NCBI GenBank assembly: GCA_964247055.1
Contig: OZ176052.1
Location: 9,238,001-9,302,000 of the forward strand
DNA from: Paragordius varius
Taxonomy: Eukaryota; Animalia; Nematomorpha
Reading direction: 5' to 3'
Length of the DNA: 64,000 bases
Shown: one piece after another, positions 1 to 10,516 of the stretch
Position numbering within the stretch: position 1 is the first letter of the stretch
How the letters are laid out: the number at the start of each line of letters is the position of its first letter
Position numbers and translations under genes: made by a program
Notes under the pieces: model-generated
Database searches by the model: none
Told to the model about the DNA's origin: nothing
The model's input: only the letters and a program-made list of their open reading frames with translations

Positions 1-271
1 AGCTATGTATTTGAAGATTCAGAAGGCCACACAATTTGAAAACAATATTCTTGGTTTGATTGAAAATATTTGTAAATAATAAATATCAAAAAATAATAAA
101 CTTTTAAGAAAAAACATGATATTATTAGTGAAACGCTAGTGTCGTAGGAACATTATTTCCACAATCCAATATCGCATGATATTTACTTAGGTAAAAAGTG
201 GTCATGACCGTGGTCACCATGGTCTGACTGGGTCTGACCGGACTTTTTTGAAAAAGCATTCAAATGCACAA

Positions 272-730
272 CCCTAGATACAACACATTCATTTCAGTCC
301 TTCGATTCAAATTGGGGTTTTTAGAACCCCAGGCCTGTTTAAAATCAAATATTTCTAAAAATATTAAAAATGACACCATTGCAAAAGTTTGTACTACTTA
401 TATAACATTGATGCATCGAAATATAAACGATTAAATTAAAAAAACTTGAGATTATTTGAATAAACCTCATAAACTTTTAGTCATGACATTTATGCATTAG
501 CTAAATATAAAGATAATACAATCCACCTTTTCTGTTTGTATCAATGTTAAATGTGATTATATAAAATTAGTTTTTCTTTTAGCAGCCTTAAATACACCTT
601 GATATTTTGCAAAATGTTGTAAAATATGACGTTGAAGTAGTTTGAAATGGAATTCAAAAGTAAATTTTATTTAGATATTTTCGCTTATTGATATAATTTT
701 TAATTAGGATAGTATAATTTTAATAAATTA
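272..730 (+). mobile_element. piggyBac-like non-autonomous element, left part (cut off at a Helitron-like insertion; right end not found)
   Basis: Starts CCCT (272) and aligns by eye with 4825-5102 plus 14137-14320 (GATACAACACATTC...TTCGATTCAAATT...GCAAAAGTT...GATATTTTGCAAAA...GAAGTAGTTTGA). The left TTAA is not intact (ACAA). Confidence 0.45.
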
Positions 731-1281
731 CTAGCGTAAGTCTCGTGCTTCTACGCAGCCCGAGAAAGTCCTTCACACTTCTGGGGGGCTATTCGAAAAA
801 GGGATTATCATTATCTAATAGCTATGATCTCATAGGAATTTCAAAACGGTGCATTCATAATATATTGTTTACTTGGGCGAAAAATAGATTCAAAAAATTA
901 TATTTGTCGACTTAATTTTTTTTGAAAAAATTTTTACGGGGGGAGCGGGTAAAAAGAGGTCCTAAATTAAAAAAGCGAGCCGACTATGTTCGGCGCAATC
1001 AAAAATAAGTAAACAAAAATCATATTTGAAATGGAATGGTCTCACACGTTATCCGGAAAATTGTCTCAAATACACGATTTTTGTGGACTTGAGTTTTCAA
1101 AAAAACCCGTTTTTCACACGGGGTGGGCCCGAATTGGGGACCTATTTCAAAAAAAGGGCGAAGGTATTGTCGCAGCATACACTAATGATTATATTTTTTC
1201 GAAGTTTGGATTTGAATGGGTCTACGGTTTTCCGGTACCAGATCACAAGGCCAGCATTTTCCATTTTTATAAATATATAGA
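731..1281 (-). mobile_element. Short non-autonomous Helitron-like element
   Basis: On the minus strand it begins TCTATATATTTATA (1281), ends with an imperfect hairpin CTCGGGCTGCGTAGAAGCACGAG then CTAG (731-734), sits between host A and T, and has no TSD. The interior is repeated at about 1998-2330 and 3516-3881. Confidence 0.6.
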
Positions 1282-1519
1282 TGACCATAAATAATGTTTT
1301 ATTATCCATATATTTTTTAATATCCAATACAAATGATAGATAAATAAATAAATTAAACTAATACGATGTTATGTTTAAAATCAATAAAGTCTGAGTGATC
1401 ATTTGATTTCGTTTGAATATTGAGAAAAACAATTTTATTTGAAATGAGCATAATATATTTTTGATTTTATCAGCAATTTTGTTATGACGCACGAAGTTTT
1501 AAAATGACACATAGTCTCA

Positions 1520-3881
1520 TAAGTTTTCTTTAATTTGGCTCCAAAGGTATGCTGTATCGATATGATGGAGCAGTTGTAGGCGGGTAGCCCTACCCAGAGG
1601 CCAATATAAAAATGAAGTTAGATAAAAAAATTTGCCTTTACTGGAATCATCGTTCATTCCTTACAGTTTATGGAAGAATGGCTTCAAAACTAAATAATAA
1701 TTCAATGATAGCGCATTTTTTAGGGCGTAAAGGGCCTATTTAGGCTAATTTAAAAAATCCGCTCGATTGAAATTTTTGACTGTTTAGTGTAATGCTTTAA
1801 GCAGCTATTGAACTCTTATGGCCTGATAGTTTTTCTGAAATTTAGCCCCAAAAGCACGCTATTACGATGTGATGGGTCAGTTTTTCGCGGGTAGCTACTT
1901 ACTCAGCAGCTATCATCAAAGAAACGCTTGACTTAAATTTTTGCCTTTTAACAGGGAATATCTGGAATACTTATTGAATTTTTACGGTCTCATACCTTGG
2001 GCGAAAAATAGATTCAAAAAATTATTTTTGTGGACGTTTTTTGAAAAAAATGGCATTTTACGGGGGAGGGGGTAAAAAGAGGGCCTAAATTAAAAAAGCG
2101 AGACGAATATGTTCTGCGCAATCAAAAATAAAATCATATTTAATATTGAATGGTCCAACAGTTCTCTGGAAAATTGTCTCAAAGACACGATTTTTGTGGA
2201 CTTCTGTTTTCAAAAAACCCGTTTTTTACACGTGGTGGGCCCTAACTGGGGGCTTAATAAGAAAAAAGGGCAAAGCTATTGTCGGGCATTCATTAATGAT
2301 TATATTTTTTCTACATTTGGATTGGGTTATTCGAAAAAATATCTCAACCATAACTAATCGTTATATTATGGCGTATTTTTTTGGCATAAAGGCCCCAAAT
2401 TAACGGCTAATCAAAAAAGGCCTGACCTTTACCTAGTTACGGGTAATATTTCGATTAAATGAGCTCATATGGCATAAATTTTTTTAAAATTATTTCCAAA
2501 ACAAAGCAATTTCTATATAGTGGCGCAGTTTTTGGCTTGTGGCTTCTTACCCAGAGGCATGTATAAAAAAGCGACGGGGAAAATTTTTGTCTTTATATGG
2601 GCAATAGAATTATAATGTTCATATGTTCCTATAAGTTCTTGGATGGTGGCGAATTTTTCAGGACGTAAAACTTTTCTTAGCGACTTATTGAAATAACCAC
2701 CTGTACTAAAATATTGTTTTTTAAGTGGTAATAAATATTTTAGGCCCTTATTGAACTCACATAGTTTCATAAGCTTTCTGAAATTTGGCTTCAAAGGCAT
2801 GCTGTATCGATATAGTGGCGCATTTTTACGCGGGTAGCCCCCTACTGAGAGGCGACGTTCGATAAAATATTTATGCCTTTATAGGGGAATACCTAACCTC
2901 ATTTAATCCATATGTTCTTAATAGTTTTTGGAAGAATGACTATAAATAAATAATAGTTCAATGATAGCGCATTTTTAGGGCGTAAAAGGCCTAATTAACG
3001 GCTAATTAAAAAAAACCGCTCGACTTAAATTTTTGCCTTTTTACGGGTAATTTCAGCCTTTATAAAACTTATGTGGCCTGATAAGTTTCCTGAAAATTAA
3101 TTCCAAAACAACGCAATTTCTATATGGTGGCGCAGTTTTAGGCGGGTAGCTCCCTAGCCGGGGGCTGATTGATTGATTCCATATGTTCTCATTAGTTTTT
3201 AGAAATTGCCCTATAACTAAAAAATCATTCTATGGTGGTGCATTTTTGAAGGCGCGAAGGCCTAATTAACGGCTAATTTAAAAAAAAAACCGCACGTTTG
3301 CCTTGTTCCGGGTAATACTTTAATCAGTTATTTAATTCATATGGCCTGATAGGTTTTTTGAAATTTAGCCCCAAAAGCACGCTATTTCGATATGACGGGT
3401 CATTTTTAGCGGTTATTCCCATACTCGGCAGCTATCATCAAAGAAACGCCTGACTAAAATTTTGCCTTTTAACAGGGAATACCTGGAATCATTATTGATT
3501 TACGGTCTCATACTTTGGGCGAAAAATAGATTCAAAAAATTATTTTTGTGGTTTTTTTTGAAAAAAATGGCATTTACGGGGGAAGCGGGTAAAAAGAGGG
3601 CCTAAATTAAAAAAGCGAGCCGACTATGTTGGGCGCAATGGAAAATAAAATCATATTTGAAATTGAATGGTCCAACACGTTCTTCGGAAAATTGTCTTGA
3701 AGATACGATTTTTGGGGACTTTACACAGGGTGGGCCCGAACTGGGAGCCCGATTCAAAAAAGAGCGTTGCGGGGCATTTATTAATGATGATATTTTTTCG
3801 ACATTTGGATTTGAATGGGTTTACCGGTTTTCCGAAAACAGATCACAAAGTCAGCATTTTCCATTTGTATAAATATCTAGA
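1520..3881 (-). repeat. Helitron-related composite: diverged ~120-135 bp tandem subunits plus two more copies of the 5'-subterminal module
   Basis: Recurring subunit (TGGCGCA..TTTT.GGCGGGTAGC...GGCTAATTTAAAAAA.CGCTCGAC..AAATTTTTGCC...TATGGCCTGATA...CTGAAATTT.GC.CCAAAA). 1520-2340 resembles 2780-3830. A Helitron-type 5' end lies at 3881 (AATATCTAGA|T). No matching 3' CTAG end was found. Confidence 0.55.
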
Positions 3882-5102
3882 TTTACACTTATGGATTATA
3901 TCGCGTTTAGAAATGTATTAAGTCATATATAAAAAAGAACTTTTTTGATAATTTGAAGCGGTAGGGTATTTTTCAAAACATCTAATATATATTATAAATA
4001 TAATTATCATAAATGATGCAGAAAAAAAATTTATCACTACTAATACTTTGATTTTCTAATCTAACCTTTGTATTATTTAGCGATTTATGAAACCTCAAAA
4101 ATGACGCCTAAATGGCACAAAAAATATACTAACATCCTTTTCGGGTAAAAAATTCTAAATTATTAAAACTTAATTGATAGATCTTCTGCAACATAAAAAT
4201 ATTTTCAATATATATGATGGATGTTATAAGATAAACACTACTTTCATTTTTGTGCAAATTACCCAAAATCCTTTATAGGGCTAAAATTATTTTACGCGAT
4301 ATATTGGGTAAACTCTATATATGAACTTAATATATAAAATTATAAATATAAAGCAATATCTTATATCGCATATTAAGAAGTTTTAATGATTCATATCAGA
4401 AGCCAAATTGCGATTTATTAGCTTTCTCATAAGTTTTTCAATGCTCTGAAAAATTTAAATTATCAATGATATTTTGCGTTTATGATTATCATTATAATAT
4501 ATATTAACAAATAAAATTTAGTTCACGCGTTGTATTTAATTTTATTCGACGATGTTCATTTTTTCTTACAGCAATATTAAACGCATTTATCATTTAAATT
4601 TTCATTACTCTTAAGCTTAGATCTATGGAATGATAGATACATAAACATCTATATTTTGATTTCCATTATTCAAATATGTAGGAAAAATGAAAGACTTGCC
4701 AAAGAAAAGAAAAATTAAGAAGTGTAATCGCCAATTTGTTGTCGATAGACTTATAAATATTAATTAATATATTAAAAGTTACACGCATCATGTTTAATAT
4801 GCAAAGAAAAGTAAATATGTTTAACACTTGGATACAACACATTCACTTACCTTCGATTCAAATTAAGGTAGTTGGATACCACAGACCTGTTTAAGATTAA
4901 TTACTTTAAAAATATGGAAGGCATAAAAAACCATGGCAAAAGTTAGTACTTACATAACATTATTAAACCGAAATATAAAAAAATCTTTCAATAATGCAAG
5001 ATATCACTTATTTTAATGTAAAACCCATGGGTAAAAATCTAGTCATGATATATGTGCAGTAGCTAAATTTAAAAATAACTATTTTTTCTGTTTCTATCAA
5101 CG

Positions 5103-5439
5103 TAATATCAGTTGGGTATAATTTATTATAACACAATAATGGGAAAACACAGTAATGCAATGGACTTAAAGAAGTTATTGTTTATATAGGTTATATTTAA
5201 TTCCGAGAAATGTATACGTATCTTATTATATATTTTTATCGTGCATTAACATATACAAATTTCTGAGAATGATGAGTGTGCATTAATAAAACAGTCACGT
5301 AGTCTAAAACTTGTCACGTAGTATATAACATGTCACGTAAAATATTAATAACAGAAAAGTATTATAAGTATGCATTGAATAGCAACGTAATATATAAAAT
5401 AGAGTTATGTTTTGTTGCATATTATATAACATCATATCA
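5103..5439 (-). repeat. 3' LTR of copy B (337 bp)
   Basis: Direct repeat of 13798-14131 with 3 substitutions and one 3-bp indel by eye; adjacent to the PPT. Confidence 0.95.
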
Positions 5440-5442
5440 TAT

Positions 5443-5453
5443 CTCCCACCTTT
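5443..5453 (-). promoter_or_regulatory. Polypurine tract of copy B
   Basis: AAAGGTGGGAG on the minus strand between the pol stop and the 3' LTR. Confidence 0.85.
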
Positions 5454-6028
5454 AATAAGAAAGACGATCCGGAGCTTTTCGTTCCCGGCGAGGATAACGG
5501 CTTTGTACTTCTGTCAAGTTACACTTGGACTCCACAGCTTCCGTAACTGGGATCTCTGGTACAATGTCAAGGGCGGGTTGTGCCATAACAGACTTCTGTA
5601 GCTGATCGGCGTGTTTTCGCTGAATTTTGCTACCGTCATCAGTCTTGTAAGATAATAATCCTGTTCTTTCAATTACTTTTCCTTTCCGCCACCCCTCTGC
5701 TGTTTCATTTTTAATCAGAATAGCATCATCAACGTCAAATCGTAAGGGGGCTCTAGTATTATCCTTAAAATCTGATGGTATTGTCCTTAACCATAACAAG
5801 GGACCTAACAATTCTCTTTTTAGGAATAATGAGCACGGTGTTGCTCTCGTTGCACTATAAATTGCTTGCCGATAGCTCCACAAAATAGTATTCATTGCTT
5901 CTTGCGGAGAGATGTCAGCCCTCTTCGTAGCTTTATATTTAGTTTTCAATGTGTAAATAGATCTTTCTACCAACCCATTCGTTCGTGGGTGATAAGGAAC
6001 GACGTAACATGTTTGATGTTTAAGTGTT
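5452..6028 (-). pseudogene. pol: Integrase C-terminal part of copy B, detached by insertion of copy A
   Basis: PYHPRTNGLVERS...ERKAPDRLSY matches the copy A integrase tail. It has a 1-nt deletion near 6000 relative to A. Confidence 0.9.
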
Positions 6029-6340
6029 TGATATGATGTTATATTATAGAACACATAAATATATTTGATTTATTACTTTGCTATTCAATGCATACTTATA
6101 ATACTTTTCTGTTATTAATATTTTACGTGACATGTTATATACTACGTGACAAGTTTTAGACTACGTGACTGTTTTATATATGCACACTCATCATTCTCAG
6201 AAATTTGTATATGTTAATGCACGATAAAAATATATAATATCCGTTAAATATAAACTATAAAAACAACAACTTTTTTAAGTCCATTGAATTACTGTGTTTT
6301 TTCCCTTATTGTTTTATAATAAATTATACATAAACTAATA
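6029..6340 (+). repeat. 5' LTR of copy A (312 bp)
   Basis: Direct repeat of 10202-10516 with 2 substitutions and one 3-bp indel by eye; termini TG...TA. Confidence 0.95.
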
Positions 6341-6341
6341 T

Positions 6342-6351
6342 TGGCGACGAG
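6342..6351 (+). promoter_or_regulatory. Primer binding site of copy A (tRNA-Ser type)
   Basis: TGGCGACGAG just after the 5' LTR, complementary to the CTCGTCGCCA 3' end of tRNA-Ser(GCU). Confidence 0.8.
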
Positions 6352-6374
6352 AAAAAAAAAATTTATTCTGCCTA

Positions 6375-9300
6375 ATGGAAAATCCCGGAGATACATCATT
6401 TAGTAATGCACAAAATCCTCTAAATCGTATAATTCTTGAACCATTTGACGAATGTTACAATTGCAAAAATTATGTCAAGCACATAGAAAGGGTACTCGCG
6501 GCCAGGGATATTCCTGTCACGGATTCCAATATAAAAAAATTATTTTTAGCTTTCGGTGGTATTAAAATTTTGAACAAAATTGAAAATATTCTATATCCTG
6601 ATACCATCGAAGATTTGGAATGGCCGGAAATCTATAAAATTGCAGTTCAAATCTATGCTCCAGACAAAAGTCTATGGGTGAATAGATGTGCATTTTATCG
6701 TATTCGTCGTGGTGATAATGAATCTATTCTTTCGTATTTATAACGTTTGAAAATTTTGGCCGACAATTCTGGATTTGATTTGGACATTTCTAACAAAATC
6801 AGGGATATATTTTTGATTGGATTAAATCAACCCAGATTAGAAAGAGAACTCCACATAAAATATCCGCTCGGTAAGTTAGATGACAAACCACTGACACTAC
6901 AAATGTTGGTCGATATGGCTTTAAGTTTTGAGGAAGCCGATAATCTTCCCTCGCAAATCAATAAGCTTAAAGTGGATAGATCCAGAAATGTAAAACCTCA
7001 TGGAAGTTTTAACAAGGGCCATTATAACAATAATAATTATAAAAACAATCAAAATAATGATGTCCGGGATAATAATGATACTAAAGTAAATTGCCGAAAT
7101 TGTGGATCACTGCATGTGAGAAACAAGTGTCCGGCTTGGGGCAAAACGTGCTACAATTGCAACAAAAATAACCACTTTAGTTCAATGTGCAAAACAAAGT
7201 TGGTGAGAAATTTAGATCAAATTAGATTTATAAAAGCGGGCACTACCCCTAAAATAAAAGTGAAGATCAACAATAATATGATAGATATGATTTTCGATAC
7301 CGGTGCTGACTGCTGTCTCATAAGTCAACAAATATGGAAGCAGATCGGTAGCCCTAAGTTAACGTGGTCCGATCAAATAACCACGTATGATAATAATAAG
7401 ATAACAATCTTAGGGAAAACTATGGTCACTGTGACGTTGTACAATGAAAAGAAAACGTTACCATGTATCGTAACTAAAAGCAATTTTGATCCAATTTTTG
7501 GATTACCTTGGATAAAAGCGTACAAGCTACCTTTTCCAAAAGGTGTAATCAATAATATAAATTCTAATGAGAAGATGGAGCTGACCAAAATATTTCCAAA
7601 ACTATTCTCAAAGGAACTTGGTTGTTACAACGGCAATCCGATCAAAATTTTTTTGACACCGGATGCTAAACCAAAAGCTTTTCCATGCCGTAGAGTTCCT
7701 CTACCATTGCAACCATTGGTAGAAAATGAATTGAATAGATTGTTAGATTTGGGGATTATAGAACCAATAGACCCAACAACAACGGAGATATCTTGGGCAA
7801 CCCCAACGGTCAACGTGTTAAAATCCAATGGGGAGGCTCGTATCTGCGCCGATTTTCGTGTCACAATCAATCCTTATCTATCAAAAGATTCTCATATCAT
7901 TCCGACATTTGATCAATTATTGGGTAAAATCGGAAATGGACATTCATTTTCAGTTTTGGATCTCAAGGATGCCTACCTACAACTACCGGTTGATAAAGAA
8001 TGCTCTAATATTCTGACAATTACAACACACAGAGGTTACTTTACGTATAAACGATTACCTTTCGGGCTCACAAATGCTCCAATGATATTTCAACGAGTTA
8101 TGGATCAAATTCTGGATGATTGCACAGGCGTTTGTGCTTATCTGGATGATGTTCTAGTAACCGGCAATACAGACACTCAACACAAAGCAAATCTTGAGCA
8201 TGTGTTGGAGAAACTTGAACAGGCCGGATTCCGTTTGCAACCAGATAAAATGAAATTCTTCCAGGAAAAAGTATCCTACATGGGATACGAAATATCTAAA
8301 AGAGGTATTAAGCCAACGGATGAAAAAATCAAGGCTATTTTGAAATGTCCTGTTCCAAAGGACAAAACAACATTACGGTCTTTTTTAGGACTATTAAACC
8401 AAGATTACATTCAGTCATAAGTGATCTGCACACTTTAACTGGAAACAAAATGCCATGGAAATGGGAGAATATTCATGATAAACAATTTGCACTGTCAAAA
8501 CAACTAATAGCCAATTTTGTGGAACTGATTCCGTACAATCCGCAATTGCCATTATTGATTGAGACCGATGCTTCAAACGAAGGTTTGGGTGCCATCCTTT
8601 TCCATATAACCGAAGATGGCAAGCGGCCAATCTCTTTCGCATCCAGGAAATGTTTAAATTCTGAAAAACATTATTCGACTATCGAAAGAGAGGCCAAGGC
8701 GATTTTGTTCGCGGTAAACAAATTTCACCCTTTCATATATGGGAGATCTTTTAAAATATTGACTGATCATAAACCACTGATTAAATTATTTGGGGAAGAC
8801 CGGAACTTAACCGGAGTCACTAATATAAAATTATTACGTTGGATTTATAAAATATCGGGGTATGATTATACCATTCATTTCAATAAAGGGGTTCAAAATT
8901 TAGCTGATCCCCTATCAAGATTAGCAATTGACGATCCTGAAATGGAGGATGATCATGCTGTAGCTGAAAGAATTCGGTTCTTATCGATGAACGATTTGAA
9001 CATTAATAAAAAAAATGTATTAGTTCAGTCCAATAAGGACCCGGTGATAAAAAAATTAAAAATTGCATTAAATTCCAACAATTGGGATGATCCAGATCTA
9101 AAAAATTATCAATCACATCGCAACGCTATCCAAGCATCGTATGGTTTAGTGTATTTGGAGGATAGGCTCATTGTTCCTAGATCCATGCAAAATGAAGTCC
9201 TAAACTACTTTCACACTGGACACCCAGGGATAAGTACCATGAAGTCCCTGGCGCGCCACAGTGTATATTGGCCAGGCTTGGACCAAAGTATTGAATTGCT

Positions 9301-10189
9301 TGCGAAGACATGTGACTCATGTCAAAGATACAAGCCCAATGTCCAGGAAAATCCAACATACAAATGGAATTTCAACACCGCCGTCTGGGAAAGAATACAC
9401 ATAGATATTGCTGGTCCCATTGATAATTTCTACTGGCTGGTAACAATTGACAGCTCGTCCAGATGGCTGGAAGTTAATTTATTGAAACAAGTTACGAGCA
9501 GGTCTGTTTTAAATTGCTTAGAACAATTGTTTGCGAGATATGGTTTTCCTAAAATGATAGTAAGTGATAATGCATCGTATTTTGTATCGCACGATTTTGA
9601 TGAAAGGCTTAAACACTTAAACATCAAACATGTTACGTCGAGTCCGTATCACCCACGAACGAATGGGTTGGTAGAAAGATCTATTTACACATTGAAAACT
9701 AAATATAAAGCTACGAAGAGGGCTGACATCTCTCCGCAAGAAGCAATGAATACCATTTTGTGGAGCTATCGGCAAACAATTCATAGTGCAACGAGAGCAA
9801 CACCGTGCTCATTATTCCTAAAAAGAGAATTGTTAGGTCCCTTGTCATGGTTAAAGACAATACCATCAGATTTTACGGATAATACTAGCCCCTTACGAGA
9901 ATTTGACGTTGATGATGCTATTTTGATCAAAAATGAAACAGCAGAGGGGTGGCGGAAAGGAAAAATAATTGAAAGAACAGGATTATTATCTTACAAGACT
10001 GATGACGGTAGCAAAATTCAGCGAAAACACGCCGATCAGCTACAGAAGTCTGTTATGGCACAACCCGCCCTTGACATTGTACCAGAGATCCCAGTTACGG
10101 AAGCTGTGGAGTCGGAGTGTAACTTGACAGAAGTACAAAGCCGTTATCCTCGCCGGGAACGAAAAGCTCCAGATCGTCTTTCTTATTAA
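6375..10189 (+). pseudogene. gag-pol: gag-pol polyprotein of copy A, disrupted (TAA at 6741-6743; -1 frame break near 8381-8420)
   Basis: Double zinc knuckle CRNCGSLH...CPAWGKTCYNCNKNNHFSSMC, protease FDTGAD, RT YLDD, RNase H IETDAS and YSTIERE, integrase HTGH...CDSC, HIDIAGP, SDNA, NGLVERS. Confidence 0.92.
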
Positions 10190-10199
10190 AGGTGGAAGA
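10188..10199 (+). promoter_or_regulatory. Polypurine tract of copy A
   Basis: AAAGGTGGAAGA between the pol stop and the 3' LTR. Confidence 0.85.
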
Positions 10200-10201
10200 T
10201 A

Positions 10202-10516
10202 TGATATGATGTTATATTATAGAACACATAAATATATTTGATTTATTACTTTGCTATTCAATGCATACTTATAATACTTTTCTGTTATTAATATTTTACG
10301 AGACATGTTATATACTACGTGACAAGTTTTAGACTACGTGACTGTTTTATATATGCACACTCATCATTCTCAGAAATTTGTATATGTTAATGCACGATAA
10401 AAATATATAATAATATCCGTTAAATATAAACTATAAAAACAACAACTTTTTTAAGTCCATTGCATTACTGTGTTTTTTCCCTTATTGTTTTATAATAAAT
10501 TATACATAAACTAATA
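10202..10516 (+). repeat. 3' LTR of copy A (315 bp)
   Basis: Direct repeat of 6029-6340, followed by the TSD GTGTT. Confidence 0.95.

Larger units (their letters stand above)
6029..10516 (+). mobile_element. Ty3/gypsy Mag-clade LTR retrotransposon, copy A (4488 bp), nested in copy B in opposite orientation
   Basis: LTRs 6029-6340 and 10202-10516; 5-bp TSD GTGTT (6024-6028 and 10517-10521) inside B integrase; PBS and PPT present. Confidence 0.95.

Noticed and set aside
198-243. Cluster of GGTC/GACC motifs including the palindrome GGTCATGACC
   Set aside because: Too short and no partner terminus in the window; probably subterminal repeats of a decayed DNA transposon.
1026-3921. Similar short ORFs (1026-1294, 2109-2403, 3657-3921) that look like a gene family
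   Set aside because: They are translations of the repeated non-coding Helitron-like module, with frames not conserved between copies.
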